Source: Iphione sp. A-MEVVRFRX5
Lineage: Eukaryota
Length of the DNA: 64,000 nt
Assembly: GCA_976226885.1 (NCBI GenBank)
Contig: OZ320316.1
Coordinates: 54,312,001 to 54,376,000, forward strand
Direction of reading: 5' to 3'
Made by a program: the position numbers and the translations under genes. How positions within the stretch are numbered: the stretch's first letter is position 1; every line of letters starts with the position of its first letter. Positions 28,241 to 40,230 of the stretch are shown here, piece after piece. Under the pieces are notes generated by a model that ran no database searches, was not told the origin of the DNA, and saw only the letters and a list, made by a program, of their open reading frames with translations.

Positions 28241-31200
28241 CACGAGACTTAACCAGCCCCTATCGCTAGTGCCAAAATATGTGTTTGACATTACACGATA
28301 ACTTGCTGTTGTCTCTCTAAATTGTATGTATGGTTGAAGTACGGGATATGATGAGTATATATATATGTATGGTGAGGGTATAAGGCATACTCTATGGTTT
28401 AGAAACGTAGAGTACTTGATATTACTTGATGTTATATATGCATGTACTATTGTGATTTTGAATTATTCTATTCAATTTCAATTTTGTATTCATTAGTAAC
28501 TTTGTATTTTCATCAACTCTATTTAATATATATGCGACTTTTCTATTCATTTTCTTTGTACTATTCGAGGAGAAATTAATAAACATTATTATTACTGTAA
28601 AGCTGTTTAGGATTCTGTATCAACCATGGATCTTGATAAGGACATTCAACTCTCGTATTCAACACAATTTTAGATTCAGGCTGTCCAGTTTACAGAACAG
28701 GATTGTTCCATGAGATTTCCCAGAAAATACTTGTTTCATCTCTGTATGAATGTATACGCCAATATCTATTACATTGTCACACTGGCTACGTTTCCTGGCT
28801 TTATTCCATCATTCAACACTGAAAACCAGTGTGCCAGAATCAATTCACGAGATTTGCGATAGCGTTTAAATTGTGAAGTAGTTGATGGATTCTTTTGGAT
28901 TTTAGTTCTGGATACTCGTGCCCATTTACATGACAAGTTTGATGGAGCAGCCTCACAATGTATCACTATAGTTCCATCCAGGTTATTTTTGATGTCATAT
29001 TTGTGATTATTGACATGTTTAATCTGACCTGCATAAATTTTTGCTGTTTTCTTTTTGTCAGAAGAATGACATTTTTCCTGTTAATTTTTCATGCATTGTT
29101 TTTCACTGAAATGGTGACCTTTGTTTAGTCGTGGAATCCACAGATTTTGTATTATCTTTTAAAAAAGAAATATGTACTGAAAATATCCACCTGCGTTTGC
29201 GTGTTTCCTATTGACATCCGTTCCTAGCAATTCTTGACGAAAGTGCCGTCTAGGAGTTGTTTAGAGTCGAATATACACGAAGTACTCTTTTACACCTTCA
29301 ACCTTAGACGCCTGGTTCCTACTTAATAATTCAGCTTTCCATCTTTTCACACAGCAGCAGCGGCCATAAAACATATTAAGACTATTCGACTGTCCTGAGA
29401 TCTGTACAGCTAGAAGGCCATTTATGCACGCAACATTCAAGGCAGGACTGAGATTCAAGTGTGACCTTCCTCCGTACTGTTATATTTTGATCCATCTCAA
29501 GAGATATGCAACACGGAGTATCTGGTTAAGGACCAGACACTTACGAAACGATTAACATTCATTTAAACATTAGAAGAGTCCAAAATGTTGGAGAGCGTTT
29601 TAAAGAAGAACCAATTTAAACTGGCCGGATCTATGAGAGAAATATTTTTTTCATGGACAGCACCTCCTCCTCTCATAGTTTCCTACGTTTTGCTCACAGA
29701 TGTCTTCAAATAACCTTTGACAATATTTGGAGGGGGAATGTCTAGCTCTACAATTTAAAATACGTCTCTGAAGGTGAAATTCGTGTGCAGTAAAAATGCC
29801 CTAAAGCGAACAGCAAAGGTCGCGGGCCACTCATCGCCACATCGAAGGTTGTCCTCAACAGAAGTAACTACATATAGATTATAAGGGTTGGTTCTAATTC
29901 TCTTATTTCTGTAATTTGTAATTTCTGTAAATCTTAATTTAGAGGTTGTATTAAATTATGCATTTCACAGTAGGTTCATTCCAAGTTAAGCATTGCTATC
30001 AGTGTCTTCAAAGTTCTTATGAGTATTACACAATAAATATATATAATACTTTTACTTTCTTTGGATTTCTGTATTCTTGAGGAAGTTCTCTTAAATATGA
30101 TATATAGCTTAACCTGGGAAATTTGTATATTTGATGATGAAAACTTAAGTTGAAATTATTAATGTTGCAAATTAGGGCTTGTCCAAACAACATAGGATGG
30201 ATATAGAAGAAAGGGTTGAAATATTCTATAACAGAACATAACAATTTTATTGAAATGTTAATGATACATGTATGCAGACAAGGTGTTATGAATCATTTTA
30301 AGTCCAGTATATAAAATTAGTACATGTAGTTCTTATGAAGAAGTGTGTCCGATGGAATATGTCACCTATGTCATACAAACATAAAGTTATTAATTATATT
30401 AAATAAAAGAAGAGGATTACATGTATTATTTGTGTATTATTAATGAGTGTATTGATGGTGCCTGTGGATGTATTCAGCTCATTTTCCAATTTCTTATCCT
30501 TTCAAAGGATAGCAATCTTTCTAGTAGGCAATGTCCAAACATTTTTTTGAGGATGTCACATATGTCATGTGGCATTAAACCATAAATACCCTTCATGTAA
30601 TATTCATAGTAATAACACATGTTAATATCTAAAGTAAATATAACATATCAATAAGGAAATAGTCATTGGACTTGGAAGGGTTAAGATTTTGTAAGGGAAT
30701 TCTCCTCATGGGGTCACATGCGTCATGTCACATACATCATGTTCCTATATGTCAAGACCAAGTAATAATAGGAATATACACTAGATGTCTCTGTACGCAT
30801 ATGGCATTCCCCTAGCGGTAATTCTCAGGAACTACAAGTGTCACCTTGAATGTCAAGAGGTCGAATTACAGCTGCTCTTCAAGGCTAGGTGAGTATATTA
30901 CTAATTGTAGTGAATATAAATGTTGGAAATATGTAAAAAATAAATGAAAAAATATGTCATAACTACCTAGACTATGTTCATAATTGTTTTATAGTGAAAC
31001 TATATAGGATTTTCATGAAAGTTTACTAAAGACAAGACCAAACCTAGTTCATGATGTAGGTGACCATGACGGTCACGTATGTGACTCTGTATGTTTCATG
31101 CATGTACTTCCATGTGTAAGTTGAGTGTCAACTTATATTTTTCTCTTGTATTATTTAGTGGTTCTCTTATATATATTTATTGAAGTAGATACATGGAGGA

Positions 31201-31593
31201 GATATTAGTATTATTAAATACTCATATAATTATAATATTTTTACCCATTATGCAGATCATGCCTAAAACAGCAGCTGAAGTATCCAAGGCATACTGAGAG
31301 AGGAAGAAAAATGGACTAACAGGTCAGCAGTGGTTGAAGGGAGAGATTGAGAGAGTGAAGACATACTATGTACCTTCAAGTGTGTTAAGTGAAAAGAAGC
31401 TTAAAAAAAGAAGAGAAAAGGCAAGACTCAGAAAGGCAAGGAGCCGTGCAAAGAAGCGGGAAGAAGAGCAGGCAACAACATCACAAAATGAAGACCTGGT
31501 AGATGCAGGAACTCCTATAACTGTAAAGCTGCCTTTCTGCACTGCAAGCAGAACACGTAAAAGGACCAGTAGGGCTGTAGCAAGAGCAAACAG

Positions 31594-32000
31594 GTCTTCT
31601 TTTCTATTAGTTTATCTGATTATTGGCATATATTGGGAACTTTCTCAATGAAAAATATAAAATATGAATATGTAAAAATTGCAATAAAATGCATGTAATA
31701 TTTGATTAATGCATTTGACTACGAGATGAATGAGATGAATAAATTGGTCATCCTCATATGAGTAAAATCCAACCTGTTGTGACTTAGAACAGATTTATTT
31801 AAGGCTTAATAAATATTTGTAGTCTGTCTCCTGGATATCCATCCTATAACGACTTAGACTTGAGCATATGTAAGAGCAGGCTTGTTTCAAAGTCTAGCCA
31901 CATCCTAACATATACTTGATCCATATTCGGTCTCATTTATTTTTTTAGACATTACTGACACATACATTCTTTTATTTCTTTATACATATTATATTTCCAG
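31594..32000 (+). other. Predicted 407-bp phase-2 intron in the transposase gene
   Basis: AACAG|GTCTTC...ATATTTCCAG|TGCT. Splicing joins the two K/R-rich reading frames in phase (..ARANSAIKRLTGH..). The donor is weak beyond the GT. Confidence 0.6.
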
Positions 32001-32350
32001 TGCTATCAAGAGACTGACGGGGCATAATAAGAAAATGCAACGACATACTTGGTGCCTGGAAAAGAGACTGCAGAGGATGCGAGCCAAGATGAAGCAGATA
32101 AGGCAAGAGAGTCAAGACCCCAAAGAAAAAGCTAGGAGAGACCTGGAGAAGGCAGGGCTCCAACCAGAAAGGCACCTAGTGTTAATGAAGAAACTATGTG
32201 CTCATCATGCACTCCTCATGCAGATGAGATCAAGAAATGCCAGGAAACTGAACAAGGAAAAGAAGTCAAGTGAAAAGATGATCTAGTTCCGCTTGATCAG
32301 ATATATTGGCCTAGAAACAAAGACAAACAGAAATCACATGTACAAAGGTA

Positions 32351-32960
32351 CAGGATAACCCCTGATTACGGATGCCTAGCCACAGCCGACGCCCCCCAAC
32401 AATGGACGCCCTGGCACCAGTCCCGAGCAAAATCCCTCTATATCATGTCTAATGGCGCCCGGGCACAGCGGACACTCAGGCACAGCGGACACCTCGCCTG
32501 AGGACAGGCATTTTACAGTCCCAAATGTTGATTTTCGAGGGCCTACAGCGGACATCTTTGATGTTTCAAGCGCGAAACACACATTCTGACCCTCCAGGAA
32601 CGCTGCTTTGATGGGCGTCACACCTACGAAGAGGCGCGAACCTCTCCTACTCACCCTCCAGGAACGCTTCTTTGATGGGCGTCACACCTACGAAGAGGCG
32701 CAAACCTCTCCTGCTCTCCTATGACTTGTGACTTTTCATTAAGTACATATTCCATAAAATTAAAATAACAACTCCATAAACTCCACTCTACCACCTACAA
32801 CATTTCCTCTACCACAGTATATATTCCCTCTACAACTTCCAAACTCCAATCTACAACCTTAAACATACCCCTCTGCAACAGCCCGGCCACAGCGGACACC
32901 CCCGACAATGGACGCTTTGGCGTCAGTCCCAAGGATGTCCGTTGTAGAGGGGTTTTACTG
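32351..32960. mobile_element. 610-bp non-autonomous Tc1/mariner (pogo/Tigger-type) MITE
   Basis: TA duplication at 32349-32350 and 32961-32962. Imperfect TIRs: CAGGATAACCCCTGATTACGGA versus revcomp CAGTAAAACCCCTCTACAACGGA. Repeated ACAGCGGACAC subterminal motifs. Removing it restores the transposase frame (YKG|SSHSR). Confidence 0.9.
32590..32717 (+). repeat. Two tandem 64-bp copies inside the MITE
   Basis: CCCTCCAGGAACGCT(G/T)CTTTGATGGGCGTCACACCTACGAAGAGGCGC(G/A)AACCTCTCCT(A/G)CTC starts at 32590 and at 32654. Confidence 0.9.
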
Positions 32961-35900
32961 TAGTTCCCATTCCAGATGCAAGAAGAGGAGATAGCCACTG
33001 CTCAGAGAAGCTCTTAGGAGAGATGTGCTTCACTTCTACGAATGAGATGATGTTTCCAGGCTGTTAGCAGGAAAAAAAGATTCAACTAAAGTAGCAGATG
33101 AAAGGAAGCAAAGTAGAATTCTATGTGACTACCAGGTAAACAACTGGAAGAAGTTCATCCAAGAACAGCCCCATCACAGAATAAGTCTGTCTCTCTTCTG
33201 CCAGCTGAGGCCATGCCACATCCACCTTACAGCTTTCACTAGCAGGCAACTTTGCTTGTGTGTGTACCATCAGAATTTAGCCCTGAAACTCAAAGCGGCC
33301 AAGATATCAAATTCACCTGACTATCTTGTGAAGGTGAAAACTGATGAGGAAATCATCCAAGCATGCTCCATCCAGGATAATGTGACCTTTTTCAACTGGC
33401 AAAAAGTAAAAACTACTGAAGAGAAGCATAGGGTGATGTGTGTGGATAAGACAGTGACTAGGAACCAGTTTCTCCAGCTGCTTGGTTCTGAACTGAAGCA
33501 ATTTCGCCAGCACCTTCTCCGAATGCATAATCAGTTCAGCAGTGTGAAGATCCTCAAGGACACCCTTCCTCCCTCAGACGTGGCAATCCACATGGACTTT
33601 GCTGAAAACTACAGCTGCAGGGAGGCTGATGAGATCCAGAGGGCCTACTGGTCTCAAAGACAGGTCACTCTGCATCCTGTAGTTTATTACTACAGGGACA
33701 AACCTGATGCACCACTTCAGCATCTCAGCCAGGTTTATGTCACTGATGTCATGAGTCATAATGCCACTACTGTGCTAGTAGTCATGAAAGAGATAAATCA
33801 CTTCTTGGACCAAATGACACCTACAAAAACCAAGGTGCATTACATAACAGACAGTCCAACTTCCCAATATCGCAACAGGTATATCATGCACCTGGTAGGA
33901 AATCACAATGAGTTCTTTGGAAGAAAGGCAAGTTGGACTTACATGGAGGTGGGCCATGGTAAAGGGCCGTGTGATGGAGTAGGAGGGACTATGAAAAGAA
34001 TGGCCGACTTGGCAGTTAAACAAGGAAAGACCATCATAAATGGTGCTGCTGACATGGTGGCCTGGTTTCAAAAAGACCTGCCTTCCACCAAAATGATTTG
34101 CACCCACCTATCAGAAGAGCAAGTGGAGCGGGCTGGTGTCCTCATGGATGCAATCAAGGCCAAAGCCAAGGCCATCCAAGGAACCCTATCCTTACATGCA
34201 GTAATATCACCACAACCAGGCCAGATCGCTGTCAGAACAACCAGCTGTTTCTGTGAGAGGTGCAGAGAGGGCATATTATGTTCTGGCTGGCAGACCATCT
34301 CTATCCATCAAGAACCATCATATCATCCAGAGGAGTGGTTGGCTGCCCACTATGATGGTGATTTTTACTTTGGCAGAGTCCTGAAAGTGAACAGGAACAA
34401 AAAGGAATGCCAAATTGATTTCATTTACCACATGGCAGGTCACGGGTGTATTTTCAAGTTTCCCCACAACAGGGACATCATGTGGCTACCCTACAGTGAG
34501 ATCCTGATGAAGGTCCCACACCCACAACCTGTACCCAAGAGGGAAGGTGTACTGGCACTACCACAAGTGGTGGTAGAAAATGTTTCCCAGAAGTTGCATG
34601 TGATGAAGGAGACAAGAAAAGAGCAGAATTAGGATGTGACATCAGTGTTATTCAGTTTTGACATGGTTGTTTGTGCTGTCAGAAGCGTTTCCCATTTTCA
34701 TTATAATCAGATGGTAACTGATGGTCACCTATGCTATGGTGGGTTACTATGAATCTCATTTCTGTCTATTTTTTTTTACCAATATATTAGTCTCATGCTT
34801 ACTGTTGTAGTGTATTGTGAGTTAGATTGTGAATACACACATGTTCTAGTACAAATATACATGTATTACCTAAAGATCTTTGAGTCACCTACGTCATGGT
34901 CTGTCTGAAATACTAGATCTCAGATTTTTGGAGCAAGCATGCTTGATATAAGATCCAATTGAATATCTTTTGATATATTTTTGTCATTTCTCTCAGATGC
35001 ATTTGATTTCTTACCAGTAGCAATTAACTACCTGTATAATGGTTGCACGCACTGATTGAGAACCATAGACAAGACTGGTTCATAAATTTAATCAGTCATG
35101 TATTAAGTCAGTTTGGTGTTCAATCTCTATAGAAATAATCACTTTGATGTTTTGAGGAATGCTTACCTATGATATGCAGCTTATTCTGTAATGATTACCT
35201 ATATAACCTGGTGTAATTGATGTTTTTTACAATTTTGCATTTTGTGTCACATACGTCATGATAGACTTGATGCCAACACCTGTTGCCTTGAAGGAGAACT
35301 CTCAAAGAATTTAGAAATAAATGATTCAGATTTCATAATGATAGAATGTCTTAATTTTATGCACTATAAGTTGGAAGCTTGCATATTTTTAATGCCACCC
35401 TAATCTTACATCTGCTATTGCCTAAATCTCAATAGATTTTTATATAAAATCACTAAGTAACTGGAAAATATCTTATCAAGGCCGTGCACATTAAGAAATA
35501 ACAATAGAATATATATAAGATTAATGTACCATAGTAACTAAAATAATATGTCACCTATAGCATAGGTGACACCCCTCCCACAGCAGATTTTACAATACTA
35601 ATTTCATCCAAGTAGACACATTAGTAATATATTTCCCTGAGTGATGATTTTTTACACTTGGAATCCTTAAAAGGAATACTTCATTATGGTATGTTTATAC
35701 ACATATAGCATAGTATATTTTTACACAGTTGCCCCTATCCAATAGCCACACTTAACGTGGAATGGGCCAGTACATGTATATACAAAGCATCCCTTCACTA
35801 TACATAATTGAGTATTAGTGACGTCCATAGCCTCTGTGTTTTCTTCGGGAACGGAGCTCATAGGGGCGATGATTGCAGGAAGAATAGCACTGCAGTCATC

Positions 35901-38119
35901 ACTTGATACTGTCCATGCCCGAGAGGTTGATTCACAACTGAATCATAGCCACGGTAGGACAGGTCTCAGTAATATTCTCATTCATTTAAACTCGAACCAG
36001 CTTTTGTCGAATTGAAGAAATGTTCCTAGGACAGAGATAGATAACTAAATATCCTTATCGTCTTCGGCTGCCTTTGGTATAGAAAAGCTTTTACTCAAAA
36101 GTGACCCATCGACAAGTGACGAAACTGCTATTGCCCTAAGGCACCATCAAAGCCTATTTGTGGTTTGAAGATGTAGACAACCCATGGTGTAGTCATGGCC
36201 GTCGTAGTCATCTTCAATGTCGCTAGCGACTCTGACGGCCAGCATGACATTGGTGACGTCGTTAGTGCCTCGCTCGTCGAGCCTAACTCGTGATGACGCC
36301 GCTGCTTACGACGTTTCAATGATGATATAAGAGATAGGACTCGCCCATTCGCTCACGAATTGATTCGTCGGCGTTTATCAGCGTTGATCGTGTAATGTCC
36401 GGCGGGGCTCTCAAGGCGAGCAGTAGTTCCATCAAGACGACGCGAGGGGGCGTAACGGCCTACACCCGCTGCAGATGGCGGTGCTCTGTGCCCGCGAGCC
36501 TCAAACACAAATCATTAGAACAGCAAGCCGTCTAATCGGCAGCCTCTGATGAAGTTATCAATCATATTTCCCACAGTGAAACAGCACTGCCCATTTGTTC
36601 GGTTCCCGCAAGACGAAGGTGTGCGGGAGGAGGGGGACGGTGGCTCGTGTTTTCGTCCTTGGTCCTGCTGTGGTGTGCACCACCTGTCCAACAAGGAGAT
36701 GCCTCCTGCAGGTCAAGGCAATGATTAATCCCAATCGGAGGATATTACCCCTTGGGATAGCATAATACGTGGATGTAAGGATCCCATCTTGGATTGTATC
36801 TGTACACCAGAGCCTACAGCGTAAGAATTTACTTAGTGATCCTTGATATAAAAAATGATAAGAGATTCTATCAAAATACCAATCGTCTCAAAAATGGTAC
36901 AACAGGGAAATTAAGATCCTGACAAATGAAGTGATGCTCAAGGACTTAAAGGTAATTTCAGACGCATGCGTCAGCGGAAAACGTCAAATACGCATCGCAT
37001 TAATTGAAACAGGTGAGGACGACGCATGAGCAGGAGGGAGACGGTTTTAATCTTATTTCTAGTAATCCAATAATGTTTCTCTTTCTGGATGCCTCGTCTT
37101 TCCTTACACATTACCTTCAGCAGTCATCATATAAACAGAAAGAGGCTTACAATTACATGGGTCGAGAAAACTGGGTATTTTTACATCGGTAGAAGGACGG
37201 ATATCTATAGGTATAACTTTATCGAGGGAGAAAAATCAGCTGGTCTGTTAAAATTCCTTCATCTATTAGTGGCCTTTTTTACATGTCACTAGCGTTTGTA
37301 CATTGCAGTTACTGTATTAGTTCGAATAGATGCAACATTCACATAAATTAAGATGTGCATACTGGAAATGATGGATTCATAAAGTACATCTAGTCACTTA
37401 AAAAGGTCAATTTTACATTCGAGATATGATTGGAAACCATGGCTAACGACGAAAGACCACCTACGCAAACGGCTGTGAATGACAAACAGTGATCGTTTGG
37501 TGAATTGTTATCATCCAAATGCAGCACATGATACACTTACGTTTACACATGAAGAGGAGATTCAACATCGGGGAAATGGTGCTAATTTTAGAGTGATACT
37601 TTTCCAACTTTTCAATAAAGCCTCCATTATTCTTCACCTGCTTTTTTCTGTGCCTTTTCCGACAACAATAACAGGTTTGCATGATGATTTCTCTTTAAAT
37701 AAAAGTCTCTCAGCAAAAATAAGATACACGTAACGCCTAACCATCTTGATTTGTAAAGTAATTCGAGATACCGTCGTTCTAAACATTTGTCTGAATTGTT
37801 TTAATGTACTAATGTCTTTACGAACATCCAGTATAGTGCCCTGGTATAAAAAAGTTTCAGGCACTGCTCACTTGTCATCATTTAACCTATAGTCTAATAT
37901 GAAACATCTGTCATTTGTGGACACTTGTCAAGTGGATCAATTTAGTTGCTGTGAACTCCAAGACTGCTTGTTCCAAGTCTGTTTATGTCCTTATTATATT
38001 TTATGTTGTATGGGGTTGAGCTCTCCTAAAAGGGAGCCGGGTACTTCACCATTGTGGCAGCACAATTACTGGTTTGTTAGGGTTCTGCCCTGGTTGTAGT
38101 TCTTTGTAATTTTCTGTCT

Positions 38120-38331
38120 GTATGCAGATTTTTGGGAGCACATATACACACACCGGTCACTAGCTGCTGCTGGGAGGTTTTTGTTGGATAGAATTATTAT
38201 TGTGATTGTGCCAACCAGATGTAGAGAACATGTTGCCGAGAATGGTATTTTGGCATCTGTCAAGGTGTAGTAGTAGTTTGTTATTTTTGGCTCTGTCTCT
38301 TTTCTTGGTGTGGCTGTGTTTTACATAAGGC
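38120..38331 (-). mobile_element. Distal (3') continuation of the I-clade-like LINE ORF2, separated by the piggyBac-type insertion
   Basis: Joining across one TTAA gives the in-frame read QAVPSIVNSLKPY...LLHLDRCQNTIL, then (shifted) LVG..TIIILSNKNLP, matching the region after the RT ('LD..QN..LR...GA...TP...L..E..LP'). Confidence 0.55.
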
Positions 38332-38502
38332 TTAACCCTATACCGTCCATGAAAAATGATGTTTTTGGAATGTGGAACTGTAGTTTCATATGTCAAGTTT
38401 ACCTGAAGGGTTTAATACAAAAGATACTTTGTAATGTTATACATCAAGTGAAAGCCCTTGAATTACATGTTGTTTTGAAAATAATTGTACTTCATTTATT
38501 TG

Positions 38503-38516
38503 GTTACCATGGCAAC
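38503..38516. promoter_or_regulatory. RFX X-box-like palindrome GTTACCATGGCAAC
   Basis: Matches GTNRCC-N(0-3)-RGYAAC. It lies inside the piggyBac-type element, and this motif can be abundant genome-wide. Confidence 0.3.
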
Positions 38517-38550
38517 ATGCCAGGATTGAAAGTGAAACATAATTTAGAAA

Positions 38551-39432
38551 CCACTCTATACCATAAGCCCACTGACGCCCACTTGTACTTGGACTACAGC
38601 TCCCACCATCCGTCACATCAAAAAGACTCGATCGCATACTCACAAGCCATCTGCATATGAACAATTTGCTCTGAAATAGACGACTATGACAGAAACAGCA
38701 AGGCCCTGCTAAAAAATCTGACCCTACGGGGTCATAACCACACAAAAACCAAACAAGCCATAGCCACCATGCGCAACATGAATCGATCTGACTTATTAGT
38801 CAAGAAAAAGTCAAAAGATACCAAGGCCATTCCCTTCGTCATACAATACCATAGGACACATTGGGCTACAAGGGAAATCCTGAAACGTGCACAAATGTTC
38901 ATAACTGAAACCCATAACCAAGTGGTCAGTACCTATCAGCCGCTAGTCGCCTTCAAGCGTACACTAAACTTACGCAACATCATTTGCCAATCACAGTTCC
39001 CACCACCGCCTCCAACATAAGTGGGCAGCTTCCCATGCTATCCATATGGGTGCAGAACCTGTAAGCAAATAACACACAGTTCAACAATCAAGTCTACAAG
39101 TACAGGACATACACACAAGATCATCGGCTACAACAACTGCAAAACATCCAGCACTGCTTACGTGCTTACATGCCCAGTATGCCACCAGCAATACGTCGGA
39201 GAAACGGGCTGCCCTGTGAAACTATGCATCAGGGAACACAAATACAACCTGAAAACCAAAAGACGAGATGCTCCATGTATCAATCATCTACTCGACCACG
39301 ATGTCACCACTGAGGAGATCTTAATAACCATAGTCGACTCATCAGCAAACACAAAAAATACATGTCTTCGACTCGAGGAAGCCTGGATACGTGTCCTAGA
39401 AACAGGGAATCCCCATGAACAGGAAACTATAG
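38551..39432 (+). pseudogene. PLE RT C-terminus, Cys linker and GIY-YIG endonuclease
   Basis: One frame: TLYHKPTDAHLYLDYSSHHP..SIAYSQAICI*TICS (RT thumb), IPFVIQY, LVAFKRTLNLRNII, linker CYPYGCRTC (Cx4Cx2C, as in Neptune-type PLEs), then AYVLTCPVCHQQYVGETG..IREH..NHL..RLEEAWIRVLETGNP. Stops at 38658 and 39018. A small deletion near 39417 appears to remove part of the terminal P.G(M/L)N, with the natural stop TAG at 39430-39432. Confidence 0.92.
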
Positions 39433-39588
39433 CAACAGGAGTGATGACGTCATACGCATTCGCTGTGACGTATTGAGCCAGCTCCCCAAAGCCGCCCAAC
39501 ACACCACCTTAGTAAGACGATTTCGGATCGCAAGTACGACAAAACCTACGAAAAACCGACTCACCACCAACTGGGCAATTATCCTACA

Positions 39589-40230
39589 ATGATGGCAGAT
39601 GTTAAAAGCCCAGTATTCCAGTGGGTAAGATGTCCCATATGCCGTAAGCTCCTAAAGAACGAGGGAAGCCTTCTCAAGCATGTCAACAAAACACACCCCG
39701 ACTGCCCCGACGTTGACTTCGGTACCTGCATAGGTAAATATTACTGTTCATGTGGACGCTCATACATAAGTAAACGCAACCTACGTAGACACCAACGAAT
39801 CGCACATGGTTTTGAATTCAAGCTTACCAACAATGTAATTCCAACTGTTATTAAAAGACCATCTCCAGTTGAACATTGGCGCGACAATACTATCATACCA
39901 GACAACGTGAAATCAAGAATTGTCCCGGCTGTGTGTACTTACAGGGACCCCCGCACCCGCCACGACTGTACAGACGTCCAAGACCCCAACGAAGGTAACC
40001 AACAAGGTAGCACCAGCCAACATGCATACTGTACCAAAACCAAGTACGAGCAGCACCGATGCCAGATTAGATGCAGAAATCGACACCACTGCTCGAAAAA
40101 CCAAGAGAGACCTGCACCCTCTGGTACAGATGTTAAAGCAACGCCAGTCCACAGACACCAACAACAGTCAACCGGGTACCCTCAACCAGACTGCACCAGG
40201 CCCTCTGGGCACTCATCCTCCAGCCCCTAA
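39589..40230 (+). CDS. Two-finger C2H2 zinc-finger ORF inside the PLE (probably the N-terminal part of a longer, frameshifted ORF)
   Basis: CPIC-x12-H-x4-H (39631-39696) and CSC-x12-H-x4-H (39745-39807). ATG at 39589, ~155 bp after the PLE stop. Confidence 0.75.
   Translation: MMADVKSPVFQWVRCPICRKLLKNEGSLLKHVNKTHPDCPDVDFGTCIGKYYCSCGRSYISKRNLRRHQRIAHGFEFKLTNNVIPTVIKRPSPVEHWRDNTIIPDNVKSRIVPAVCTYRDPRTRHDCTDVQDPNEGNQQGSTSQHAYCTKTKYEQHRCQIRCRNRHHCSKNQERPAPSGTDVKATPVHRHQQQSTGYPQPDCTRPSGHSSSSP

Larger units (their letters stand above)
31259..34632 (+). pseudogene. Sola2-like DDD transposase, two exons, MITE-interrupted, four nonsense codons
   Basis: ATG 31259, exon to 31593, intron 31594-32000, exon 32001-32350 + 32963-34632 gives 2355 nt (784 aa + stop) in one frame. 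Motifs: FYE*DDVSR..AGKKD, FCQLRP, CLCVYHQN, MDFAENY (D 33595), QVTLHP, ITDSPTSQYRN (D 33850), HGKGPCDGVGG (D 33973), CFCERC, and a C-terminal WLAAHYDGDFYFGRV..FKFP..DIMW domain. Stops at 31295, 32284, 32992 and 33043. Sola2 assignment is from recalled motifs. Confidence 0.85.
30361..35570 (+). mobile_element. Sola2-like DNA transposon (minimum extent; true termini not resolved)
   Basis: Contains the transposase gene below. AT-rich flanks on both sides carry the repeated motif GTCAC(A/C)TA(C/T)GTCATG, from 30361 to 35570. Confidence 0.7.

Noticed and set aside
27494-28301. 252-aa and 248-aa ORFs rich in Leu/Ser/Pro/Phe
   Set aside because: They lie over a C/T tract that can hardly form stop codons; compositional artefact.
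33313-34298. Minus-strand ORFs antisense to the transposase
   Set aside because: Shadow frames of the real plus-strand coding sequence.
30549-35576. Candidate Sola2 TIRs GAGGATGTCACATATG (30549) and revcomp GAGGGTGTCACCTATG (35576)
   Set aside because: Both start with GAG as recalled for Sola2, but the 4-bp flanks differ (TTTT versus CCAC) and another motif copy lies outside at 30361. A second weak pair (29942/35400) also lacks a TSD. Termini left unresolved.
36100-36420. Minus-strand RGTNDV motif (SGNH block III-like) in a CpG-rich patch
   Set aside because: The preceding residues (VRLDE) are not the hydrophobic strand expected and no GDS block was found.
37890-38030. Possible CR1 C-terminal remnant (PY...DINRLEQ...TATKLI) on the minus strand
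   Set aside because: Needs several frameshifts to read and is too short to support.
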